A DNA stretch of 52,440 nucleotides, counting the filler, from Catajapyx aquilonaris (taxonomy: Eukaryota), in the NCBI GenBank assembly GCA_000934665.2. It is 2 parts of 2 records of this genome, joined end to end, with 100 filler letters (N's around TTAATTAATTAA, not from the genome) between each part and the next. Parts side by side here need not be neighbours in the genome. Positions count along the whole stretch, not along the records: positions 26,124 to 52,440 come from KZ539318.1; 1 more part is not named here. The stretch is one strand, 5' to 3'. The first letter of the stretch is position 1; each line of letters starts with the position of its first letter. Shown here one piece after another: positions 26,024 to 37,204 of this stretch. Below the pieces are notes generated by a model. The model was not told the origin of the DNA. It saw nothing but the letters and a program-made list of their open reading frames with translations, and did not search any database. Position numbers and translations under genes: made by a program.

Positions 26024-26123
26024 NNNNNNNNNNNNNNNNNNNNNNNNNNNNNNNNNNNNNNNNNNNNTTAATTAATTAANNNNNNNNNNNNNNNNNNNNN
26101 NNNNNNNNNNNNNNNNNNNNNNN
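26024..26123. other. Assembly gap with artificial TTAATTAATTAA six-frame-stop linker (26068-26079)
   Basis: 44 N + TTAATTAATTAA + 44 N. Confidence 0.9.
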
Positions 26124-26125
26124 CT

Positions 26126-26233
26126 CCAATAGGAGAACGGGCGATGATTGGTAAAGTCAGGAGGAGTGATTGGCGGGAGATGGGTGAAGTAAGCGATGAT
26201 TGGCGGGAGAGAGGAGTAGTTAGCCCTAATTGG
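26126..26233. promoter_or_regulatory. Cluster of CCAAT/ATTGG boxes with two TTGGCGGGA (E2F-like) sites
   Basis: CCAAT at 26126; ATTGG at 26147, 26169, 26199 and 26229 (30-bp spacing); GATTGGCGGGAGA occurs twice. Confidence 0.4.
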
Positions 26234-28229
26234 CTGACGGACCACTGCGTCACTTCTTACTCCAAGGCCACTGCAGCGCTTTCCTTGATTACTTCACCGA
26301 ATCTGCTGTGCATACATCGTTTCTACGTAAAATAGTGCAGCTTTAATAACCTGGCAGAACTCCTAGCACGTGCGATTCTTCCGGTGAAATTGTCTATAGT
26401 GCTGTAGATATTTGGTTAAAATTGAAAGCTGAAGGGTGGGGACTGGGATATTCCGGACTTCCCAACTTGGAATGGTTCCACGACGACTCGTTTGGAAAGT
26501 TGCTGCCAATTTTCTTGCTCTATCTACAGCAGTTGGCTTTTTACATCGTACTCCCCCGGATGGAGGGCCCTCCTTCGATTCCAAACACGAATCCGAGTGG
26601 TAACTTGCGTCTGAAAGAAGCTCTTCCAAGTGGGCTTTGAAGGAAGTGTCGTTGTGGCCTGGTTATGCTAATGCGGGTTCATCACAATTGTGGATTTATT
26701 CTGATTCAGTTTGGCATGGCTCAAATTTTTTTGGGGTCGAATTGTATGCGAATTATGGTAATTAAAATTGTGCATTTTAACACCTCTCATTGATATGTGA
26801 GTTGTCAGTGTGGTGTATCTCTTCGGGACTTATTATCGCAACAACCTCCAACTGGTTGAACAATCAGATCAGTGGACATGATTATAGACTTGCTCACGTA
26901 TTCTCACCGGACTGTCAGCGGTTACTATTGGGCTTTGATCATTGCTTTTGTTTTATTTTTGATGACATCAAGTTGCTGAATTTTTAAAGCGATTTTCCCA
27001 ATAGATCTGGGTGTCAATCATCCACCTTGTTATTTGTTTTTTTCTTTGTGACGGATATATACCGCTTTGTCATAAAAATTGGGAACCTTATATCATATTT
27101 CCAACCTAGTAACAAAAGCTGGGACCTAGAACCGAATTCTTTTCGAAACTAATACCCCTCCGAATCATCCAGGATCGATCGTCGCGGCATGATCCGTCTC
27201 CCTCGTTGTTTACCTTTTGTAGAAAGTCATCAAAAGAGAGATTTGTCATCCCGCGCCATGAAGTTGTCATGTAGAGCCTCACTTTGCCATGCATTAATCT
27301 CGCTTACGTGGAAATCACCCTCCACCAACTTTGGGCTTCCTAGGACCATGATTATTGGCCGGAGTCCAGCCTGCGTCATAACCGAATTCAAAACTTCATA
27401 CAATAGCGCCTCATCTCATATGAGGTCATACCAAGTGTAAGCACACGTAGATGTAGCCATTTTATAGAGACCGTCATAATCCCAAACCAATTAAATAGTT
27501 GATGAAAAGGTATACAATAGGCTCGTAATAAATGGGTTTGTAGCGTTAGGTACAAATGGGATTAACGTGTCATGTGCAATCATCGGGGGACTCGTAGGTG
27601 TAATAAGGTCATGCACGTATGAGCAGAAGCCAATTTTCAAATACCACTCTCCTCTTTGCGGGGGTAATTATTTCCATAATCATTTGTCTGCGGGCTGCAT
27701 TAAAATTTTTTTTAAATGGATTCAAGATTCGTGATTTTTTGGGGTGTGTCGTGCCTAGTACAAAGGCAATAGTTCCGGTCGAGCCAAAAGGGAAACCTAT
27801 TTGCTATTGGCTTTGAACAACCAGCCAGCAATATCTGGTGTACGGGTCAGCTCCTTTTCCTATGCAATTCATCAAATTCAGAGGACATGACCGAACAACG
27901 CTTCAAATATCAGGAAACTTTACAGAAACTTGTTTCTTTGGAGTTCATTCCTGTGTAGTTAGTTGTCAAGACGCCGGATTCACAATATTGCAAAGATGCG
28001 GGCTGTTAGCAACAACCGATTCAACTGTCGCAATTTTATTTACTTATGCTTGGACTGACGTCAGAATTTGCATGCTAAGATAGCGCACTTTACGTATAAA
28101 AAACTGGTCATTTGCCTCATCGCGTTACACTGAGAAGTACCAGTTTCGCTGACAGTTTCAATCATGACTGCGCGTAATTAACACGTCAGACTTGTCGCTT
28201 TTGGTAATTACTACGCGGACGATAAGTAC

Positions 28230-28301
28230 TTGCGCGTAGGTCAAGTGGTGTAGCGCCCGTTTAGCATGCCGGAGGTATCAGATCGATTCCTGGCTCGTCC
28301 A
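28230..28301 (+). pseudogene. tRNA-Ala(AGC) pseudogene
   Basis: Keeps the TTAGCAT anticodon loop, GATCGATTCC T-loop and 3' GTCCA, but has mismatches in the acceptor, D, anticodon and T stems. Confidence 0.7.
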
Positions 28302-28567
28302 ACTCTATTTTATTCCGAGGCTGCTGCCTACTATAGGATGAAGGAGTGTCAGATCACTGAATAAATTTGCTGGAAAGTATTGGAAATTTTAGCTGTGACG
28401 ATTTACAGTAAGCAATCAAGGGCGGCATATTTTTAGACCCTTAACTTAACCTGATAGTGGGTTAAAATGGGTCCTTACTCTTTCAACTGTTATATTACCA
28501 TTTAAAAAATACGCAATAAAAATGTATTTGAAACTGTAGTGGTTTATATAGGCAGAATTACCGCCTC

Positions 28568-28630
28568 CCGGACTTTTCGCCCCTGCCGTTTCGCCCCCGG
28601 GACTTTTCGCCCCCGGAATATTGGCCCCGT
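28568..28630. repeat. Tandem ~15-bp TTTCGCCCC repeats (Foldback/MULE-like subterminal remnant)
   Basis: Four units: gacttttcgcccc / gtttcgccccc / gacttttcgccccc / aatattggcccc. Confidence 0.55.
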
Positions 28631-29736
28631 GACAATTTCACATATTTATCAGCATTAATTAATTTTCTGGAAATCTAAAAATAGTGGGTGGGCAATATAA
28701 TTTTGTCACCACAGCACACATGGGTGGAGTCGACTACATATCACCTCTATTATGGTATGTAGTCCTAGGTTAAGCTTATAATGCGTGTCATCGCCATATC
28801 AGACAAGGTTATCTCATTGGTATGTGAATCAGGATAATTACAGGGCAATAAATGACCTAGATTATACTGCACGCTGTCAGCTGACTCACTAATATTTTGC
28901 CGCCAGTCGATTGCTCTCACTTTTTTTTAAAAAAAAAATCCTTCAGATCCGTCACACTTCTTTTCCGTGTGACTAGGCAATACGGATTCCGTCAACGTAA
29001 TGACATTTCCTATCCCACCAAATCAACATTCGTGTCGTCATCGATCGCCTCATCACATTATCCCAGACAGATAGTTTGGCGGCCTAGAGCAAAGGACGTG
29101 AACGGATTGCTCACTACACGCGACTGGCATGAAACAAAAGAATTGCCCATTTTGCTTCGGACACCGTCATACTCAGATATGATTTACTCGGACGTGTCAT
29201 CTCAAACTTTGTGGCAGCTCTCGAATCGAATCCGGATTCCCGGAAAAGCCGATTTCCAACAGAATAGCATGGCCATCTTGGATCCAAAACAAAGGGAGCT
29301 GCCATATTGGATTTATAGCAAATTGGCTTAATTTACATGGAATCCCTCAATTTTAGCGGTTCATAAAATTGGGAAGGAGTGTAAAATCGGTTGATTCAGG
29401 AATTCCAGAGGGGTGAGAGGAGATCAATCGAGGACTTGATTTGTCACCGTACCCCGTGGCATGACACCTTACCTGACAGGTATTTGTCTTCTTTAGGAAG
29501 CTGGGAAGTGGCAAGGGGATCGTTTTAGAAGGATTTATATGCCATGCAAGTTCCTGGGACGCCAAGGCCGCAAATTCTTCTCCTAAATTGCCAGACCAAA
29601 AGCGGTATTGCAGTGATTTCTCTCTAGGAGCGCTGCTGTGCTGACGGAAAACTTTTTAGTGTCCGTTTTTTTCAAGGTTCATGCCCGCATTAGATGGTTA
29701 ACTTGTTGATAGACGTGAGTACTGGAATGTAAAAGG

Positions 29737-29809
29737 GGGGGCGTAGCTCAGATGGTAGAGCGCTCGCTTAGCATGCGAGAGGTACTGGGATCGATACCCA
29801 GCGCCTCCA
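29737..29809 (+). tRNA. tRNA-Ala(AGC)
   Basis: 73-nt cloverleaf GGGGGCGTAGCTCAGATGG...CGCCTCCA with G3:U70, AGC anticodon and a TTTT terminator directly downstream. Confidence 0.97.
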
Positions 29810-32035
29810 ACTTTTGTTCTCACATCAGGGAGCTCGTTCTTGAATTTTTTAATTATTAAAAGTGCAAGAACGAGTGAATAAAAGTTTGCGACTTTTTGGC
29901 AATTAGACGTGTAGAAAGACGATTATGGCAATCATATAATGCGAGGCCTGCATTAGCAAGTTTAAGAATTTTTCATGAAGGTTTTGACAAAAACGCGAGC
30001 AAATGCAACGAGACACAAAACATGTGTCAAATTCGAGTAATTAATACTGACGAGTAATGAAACCTGATGTGTAGCATATAAACGAAGCTCATAGTTACTA
30101 AACAGGTTAAATTTGTTAAGCATGTTAAACAGGTAAACACTCTATCTACGCCTCGATGCCGTACAATAAAGGATCACTGTAACAATATTGCTTAATTTGT
30201 TACACCAAATTAAGCGTAACTAAAGCGCATGCTAATGTCTGCCACAGAATTAGTTCAACAACCAGTTTTGTTCATAATCCAGTTCTGTTTAAGTGTGCGT
30301 TCAACTAGATTATTAATATTAATATTAATATTAATCATAATAATATAATAATAATTTCTATAGAGCATTAACACATACTGGTGATGCTATTTAGTAAGTA
30401 AATTTGTTCTTGCTCATCATGTTTTTTTTGTGTCACCAGATTGTTGTCATATGCTCCAATATTTTCCCACCCTTTGATGCCGATAATGTATTTGAGGGAT
30501 TGTGCCGAATCGTGCGGTTAGATATGACGCACAAATTGCCCGCGATTAGGAAGACTTATGTAGGAATGTTTTCCGAAGGATTTAACGCTCACGTGGCAGC
30601 AATTAACCGCATTAGTTGCGATTACAATATTGCACCCAGCACAGGGCCAGCTAGCTTTTAGAGGCTGTTCTTAATTGGCCGTTTTTAGGTAAATTATAGA
30701 CAACCCCGGAAATTTTGGGGCCTCTGAAGCAACTTTGGAAAATGGAAATGGTATGGTAATGTAACGGCACCATTTGCGCCCTGAGAAAAAAAAATGCAAA
30801 GGTGCACTTATTTACGGACTGCTTCATATCTGAATCACTATTTTACGTTAGTTGATGGAACNNNNNNNNNNNNNNCCCCAAGTGCAGTTTCCTCCCCAAA
30901 ACTTGCGTAAAAGCCTCGGTTAACCCGGTATCAGTCTTACGAACGAAATGTGCTGGCGTAGAAAGATCTTCAAGATTGGATCAAAGTGCAGACCATTGTT
31001 ACCAAGAAGATAAAGTTTCCCGCTCAAAACGATGGGATTAAAAGTTTGATCGGCTCGTGTCTCTTAATAGGATAGTCTCTCTTTCTCATTGGAATTCATG
31101 ACAGAAAAGACTCGGATGTGACACTCGCACTAGTTTTTTTTTACGAGCAAAGTAACACGTGCGTTACGCCAAAAAGCCTTTCCCGTTACAAAAATGGGCA
31201 AGCCCGAGGACACTAACTCTTGCTTTCCGGGGCGGTGGGTAATGTGATTGTCGACAGCATCCAAAATGGAGGTCCTGATGAGGATGTGGAAGTCGAATTC
31301 GTGGCGAACTGACACTGTTTTCAGTATGAGACCACGACCATGCAAGCCTGTTAACCATGGTTAAAGAGACACGATGATTCGAGTACATGCACGGTGGCGC
31401 CGTAATGCGGACAAGTCCTGCTGACTAGCAATTTTTGGGGCAGTTACCAGACTGACCGCTTGGAGGCGCTACTAGCCACTAATTAGTTAAAGCGGCCAGT
31501 TTTATACTTAAAGTGACAGCGTAGATCTTGAATGTTACAGTGCACATCAAAGAGGACAAGTTCGCTCTTATTAATCCGAAAACCGAAAGACCCTAAAGCA
31601 GAAACCACAAAGTCCATAAAAGTTGGGGGGGACAAAAATTTATTACAGCCTACGGCGCACTATTATTGGATATACTGGGGATTATTATTAATCCGCTCCA
31701 CAAGATTTCCTATCAGCACAAAAGTCGGTATTGCAGGCGATTGACGTTACCAGATTTTTCATTACATACTAGGTGTTTCATAATTTGGATAAACTGGCAA
31801 GTGAATCAGAAATATTCTGCCCAATGCAAGTTCGTTCAACTTCGATATAGAACACAACTTTTGTGACAACCCCAGAAGAAGCCACATTTTTACATATGTC
31901 ATGAAACGACCCTCCTGCTGGTTCCCATACAATTGACAACTCCATGCCTCTCAAATTTTTATATTGTCACCTCACTCTGAATCAAAAAAAATTCCGCAAG
32001 GTGATTGGAAAAGTTCCCACGTTTCGAATTTAGTG

Positions 32036-35000
32036 TCAACATTTCTTCCTGGAGACATGGTCGAAGATGATGGCCTGTATGTAAAACTTATCGTCCTCTA
32101 ACTCGAAGCGATAGGTGTCTTCGCCTGGAGAGCTGGCCTTCGGGTCCACGTTTATAATCTTGTGATCGAATCGGTGCCGAAATTGGACTCCGGTCGAGGT
32201 GCACACGGGCTACGAAAAGAGAAAAAAGGTGATTGGAAGATAGGAATGGGGGGGGGGGGGGGGAAAGCGCAATTTATATGTATAACGCATCTTGCATCGT
32301 ATACCTCACAGTTAGACTTGACGTGCCCATTTCGTCATAGATAATTGAGGGTCCGGACCATATTGCGTGTTATGGTCCTATTTTGTGTAAAATATATTTT
32401 TACTCACGAGAAAATTGGGTGATGCAGCCCAGCTGCAGACTTCTGATCGCCAATTGAAGTAGCTGAGGTCATTCTTTTTGGGCATCAACCGCTCTTTCCC
32501 AGTGAAGTAATCTCGAAACTGGTCAGTGGTCAGGCGATGCTTGTAGTCGATGTATCCAGAAACTTCCATACCCCACTTGTTCAGAGCCCGAATGAAAATG
32601 AGGGTCTGTCAATAGGAAAAAAAGTAGTTTAAGTTTGAATAGTACAAACGGTCTTGGTTCTGGTACAGACATTGATGACTAGCTTTCGGTCTGTGACAAC
32701 TCACTGCTGTGGCTTGTGAGGTCATTCGTGTAATGGAGCCAACCGCAAAACGATTGCTTTCAGAATCGGCTGGGGGAATTGCTGGGGGTAGCTGGGTGGT
32801 TGCTGGGGGTCGCCGAGGGGTCGCCGAGGGGTCGCCGCGCCGTGCCGGGGAGTTGCCGTCTTGCCGGGGTTTGCCGGGTGGGAAAATCAAATCGTTTTAA
32901 GCCGTTCTAGCATGAGAACGATTTAAGATGGAAAGCAGGGCTTCTTTTGGGAGCCAGCATCAATTAGGGGACGACAGAGATGGAAGCTGGGAAAAGAGCG
33001 TCATCGATTCCGGTCAGATGCGGCCGATTCATCTGTCGGCTTCAGAATCCCCAGCATCCAACCGGCTTTCTGGCTATGCACGTATAAGGAAAACGGGGAA
33101 GGTTTGGACCATGAGGCATGAAATTTGGATGGGAAGACTTCTGGCCTGGTGCCAGTGTCCAGGTGGGATCGCCCACACATAACAGGGGTCCCTTATGCGC
33201 CACTCCATACTTCACCCTGCCTCTATGCCACTTGAGACGATTTTGAGAGATTCCATCAAAAACAAATTGATGTTAGAACCCTAAACAACTTTAAATATGC
33301 AGGAATATGCAGCATCACGTAGATTACTTTTTTTAAATCAATTAGTAGGCTACAAAATGGAGAGCAGAGCTATTCAACATTTTGTCTAATTTTGTCGCTT
33401 TGAACTACAATTTATTAACAGTACAGGCTCATAAGAACATGCGTGTCTAGTGTTTACTGTCCTGGCCGAAATTACGTAAATTCAGGTTAAAAACACTCCA
33501 AGTGTTCACTGGCATTCTGATGTACAGTACTGTACATAGCAGTGTGAAGGGCCTAGAGCTAGTGTATACTTGAATTTTTGTGGCCGAAATACGTATGAGT
33601 AATTTGTTTTGCGGCGATAGTACACTGCACCGTTTAATGTTTCTGTACATTTTGGCCTACATAGTTACAGGCGGCCCAGAAGTCCACAAGCATAAGAAGT
33701 ATGCGACCCAAGTTGCGAATCGATACACATTCTTCTTGTTCGTACATTGTTTGCACTGTTGTAGAAGGGAAGGAACATTCCAGTGAAGTGACGAGAAAGG
33801 AGTAATTATACCAAGTAACTAAATAAGTATTCGTTTACAATATTTACTTCTGATAAGCAATTTCGATATGACTTGAAACACTGCTACCTAGAGGCCTGTA
33901 GATAGTCAATGCATGGTCTTTCAGAATTTCTTTTATGATGATAATAATTCTGCAAAGTTCCAATCGAGTACGATCCCCGAAGACGTACAAATATCAGAGA
34001 TTAGGGTGCTGAAAACGCAATATATCGATTGATCTCAAGGGAAACATATCAGAGGCGGAAAGGGGAGCAGCTTTGTGTACTTTACTGTATAGACCCGATT
34101 GGTTTTTTTCTTCACAATACCCACAGAGTAAGCATGAATTCATGAGTTGTGTTCTTCTTGTCATCAGTCACCTGGGTCACTCCAGACTACAAGCTTCTGA
34201 GGTTCAAATTACATTTTTTGGGCAAAATGATTGTGGCCAATTCAAACAGCCTTTCCACGTCAGTAAACCACCTTGAGTTCGTCAACCCAAGTACATATCC
34301 ATATCCCAGAGGTAATTGTCTGCAAATGAAACCCAACGAGCCTCGTAATTGCAACCGGTTGCAAAGTGTCGAAGCGTTTCATGCATACAGTAGAAGCAAG
34401 TGCACTCCCCTGGAGGTATGTTTAACTTTGCAAAGTCACTTTGCTCTAGTCATTGGTCTGTAATGAAAGGTCGTGTGTACCTGCTTGGGAGACGCCCTGA
34501 GGTGACCATCTGCCAAAATCAGAGACTCACATTCATCATACCGTTCCTGTTGGCCTTCTCCCTTTCGGCAAGAAGATTCAGAAAGCGGTCTGCGATGGTC
34601 AATTGATACGATGTCAACTTCAAAGCGTCCCGCATACGTTTGAACATCTCTTCTTCTTCTTTGCGGAACGAGTTGAACTGCTCTCGTGTCATGATGTCGC
34701 CGGAACATCTGAAGCCAAAGAGGAGCGTGAACAAATATGAAAATAGCGTCTAACTGGCCGCTTTAATTGAGAAATTATAGTGTTCTTTTGATATGCTTAT
34801 CAACCATTATGTACTTAATAGCTTGGGATGAATCTACATAACCAAACATATCAGCAAATTGCGCTTATAATAGTGTTTAACGCAGCTCAAAGCTAAAATT
34901 TATGGAAATGTGAGCGGTTCGATGTGTATAGTCGAGTTCGATTCTATGACGGTTCGGTTTGCAGTATAAATAGTCAAGGCGTAGATATTTTTTCTCCACC

Positions 35001-36736
35001 ATCGATTTACTTCGGGAGAGCCACGGCGTGAAATTCGAAGGGACGCTTCTGATTTCCAAACCCGACCACCCATTTCATCTACCCAGTAATCCGGTGTATG
35101 TTTTCAAAAAGTCTGGATGTGATTTTAACTGCGAATATGCTGCATCTGCAATATCATACGGCAGATTCAATAACCCTGGTGTGAACAACAAGGAAAAGTC
35201 GTATTTACAGCCGAATTTAGATGGATTATATGAAACGATATTTTGTTGTGATATGAAGGCGACTTGAACTGTAGTTGTACATATCGTAAATTCGGTCAAT
35301 ATGTGGCAGGTTATAATATGATGGATATAGTGTCTATGTAGTAGAATTTAAATTGAAATTCAGTGCAAAATTACAATATAAATTGCTATTGCAAATTATG
35401 CGAAAAATAAAAGTGCTGGAGGCGCTGGGTATCGATCCCAGTACCTCTCGCATGCTAAGCGAGCGCTCTACCACCTGAGCTACGCCCCCTTGCTACGTGA
35501 TTTTCATGCCTGTATGGAGTACGTATAGGTGACAAAATTGTTGACATTTTAATCAGTGTGCTAAAATTATTATAGGCATTTGACACATCTGCGATCCACG
35601 TGGTGTATGGTATGGCATACTGACACCGTCACCATATTATGCAATATATTGGTTTATTGTATATAACTTGCTGGTCACGTTTTCAGATTTTCCTAGTGCA
35701 TTGATATTGGCAATAATCAGGCAGTATGGCATGTTATACCATAAGTTGCACCATTAGCTCATGATATGATGATCGTTAAATTAGGTAACAAAATAATGAA
35801 TTTTGAACCACTTTATGATTGGCTTTTTTTTCTGATCCTACCTTTATCGTCTGTGCCATTTGAACTCTCCTCACATGTTAACAAGTTAAACCTAAGTCGA
35901 GGCATTCATGCACGAAGACTTGAGTAGGTAATACAGCATAAACTGCAGAGGCTGATATTGGCTGATATTTTAGCTCGTAAAGCCCAGTGTTATATGTGTG
36001 CATACCTTGAATATTAATTAAAAGCAAATATAGGAGAAAGTTCTACACATTATTTTGATACACTGGAAGTTGGAGGAACTTTCAGTGTTCTGGGCCAGAA
36101 TGGTGGAACTTCACTTTAATTTTTTAAAATTTGGTAAAAAATCGTATGGAGGCGCCGGGTATCGATCCCGGTACCTCTCGCATGCTAAGCGAGCGCTCTA
36201 CCATGTGAGCTACGCCCCCCGATACATGACTATTGCAATATTTGTACGACCATGAAAAGTGTGCCTCTACCTGACTGGACCAGTTTCGAATCGCGACCCT
36301 GCTCCCCTTTCAACCTAATCTGCATGCTCTGGCTCTACTGAGCAAAGAGCCAGAGGCTATTGCGACGAAGGATTAAAGCACTAATGCTTCCTCATATTGC
36401 CAGAATTGCAGAGGGTGGGCACCACCGAATCGCCTTCTTATCCCACCGGAATATGAAATTTTGGCCTGAAACATACCGATGGAAGCAGACCGGAAACTTG
36501 GTTCGGGCCGGGAGAAAATTTTAGTAATTAAAAATATGCAAATAGAGTTTTTAATTCCGGATGGAGAGTTTTTCTCACCGGAAGCCCATCTCGGCGATCA
36601 ATCTGGCGACATCGTCGCTCCCCAGGTAGTCGATGTCACGACGTGACACCATCGAGTCCAGATAGTCCTCATACTTACGGTAGTTGCCAATTTTTATCAG
36701 CTCCCCTGCCTTAGACTTTGAACCTTTTTGCACCAT
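32036..36736 (-). CDS. CFAP299: Cilia- and flagella-associated protein 299 (C4orf22/DUF4464) homolog, 235 aa, 4 exons
   Basis: Exons 36736-36579, 34708-34531, 32605-32408 and 32209-32036; all GT-AG and phase-consistent (708 nt). Motifs YEDYLDS, LAEREKANRNG, EVSGYIDYKHRL, DLSYFNW, KIINVDP and IFDHVSRKK. Confidence 0.9.
32760..32883. repeat. G-rich ~11-bp tandem repeat (probable DNA-transposon subterminal array) in CFAP299 intron 2
   Basis: Units such as GCTGGGGGTA, GCTGGGTGGTT, GCCGAGGGGTC and GCCGGGGTTT. Confidence 0.7.
35417..35489 (-). tRNA. tRNA-Ala(AGC), D-loop variant, inside CFAP299 intron 1
   Basis: Reverse complement of the 29737 copy with one D-loop change (CAGGTGG); T-run downstream. 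Confidence 0.96.
36147..36219 (-). tRNA. tRNA-Ala(AGC) isodecoder, inside CFAP299 intron 1
   Basis: Compensatory T-stem change (CCGGG/CCCGG) and D-loop CACATGG; T6 terminator downstream. Confidence 0.96.
36265..36351 (-). mobile_element. Degenerate tRNA-derived SINE-like head
   Basis: Minus strand reads GGCTCTTTGCTCAGTAG...AGAGCA...GGTCGCGATTCGAAAC (A/B-box-like); it does not fold as a tRNA. Confidence 0.35.
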
Positions 36737-36866
36737 TTTTGCACTACCTAGAAGTAACAGTAGCTTTATCATTTTACAATATCACTGTCATCAACAACTT
36801 TAAAATAAGCGAAAATCAGTGGTCGCAAAGTTGGCAGGAACTACTGCTGATATAAAAATGAGCCAC

Positions 36867-36939
36867 TGGAGGCGCTGGGTATCGATCCCAGTACCTCTCG
36901 CATGCTAAGCGAGCGCTCTACCATCTGAGCTACGCCCCC
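36867..36939 (-). tRNA. tRNA-Ala(AGC), 130 bp upstream of the CFAP299 ATG
   Basis: Identical to the 29737 copy; T5 terminator at 36858-36854. Confidence 0.97.
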
Positions 36940-37204
36940 TTGATTGTAATATCTCAGCAGTAATCATATACAGAGCTTGTGGTCTGCCCATTATTTTTGC
37001 GGCTTGAGAAGTAGCCAATAAGCAACATGCGTGTAAGATTACATGTTTAAAACATTACTTACGAATTTAGGGCTGCCTAGAGGTTAATACTAAAAAAATT
37101 TAGACGACGACGAATTTTGTACGTCCGGCCGAAAAAGGAAGAGAGGTTACAATGCTGTTGCTATGAGGTGACAACAATAAACCAAGGTGCCATTTTCTTT
37201 ACAG

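Noticed and set aside
29473..29640. Possible minus-strand exon ending in CAG|GTAAGG
   Set aside because: No recognisable protein or partner exon; the WHIN similarity to DIRS RNase H is too short.
30047..30073. CTGACGA...GAAAC hammerhead-like core
   Set aside because: No proper stem II or stem I, and the cleavage triplet would be GUG.
34326..34415. ATG-initiated phase-0 segment ending GAG|GTATGT as a candidate NOS first exon
   Set aside because: Phase fits, but the peptide (MKPNEPRNC...) shows no similarity to NOS N-termini.
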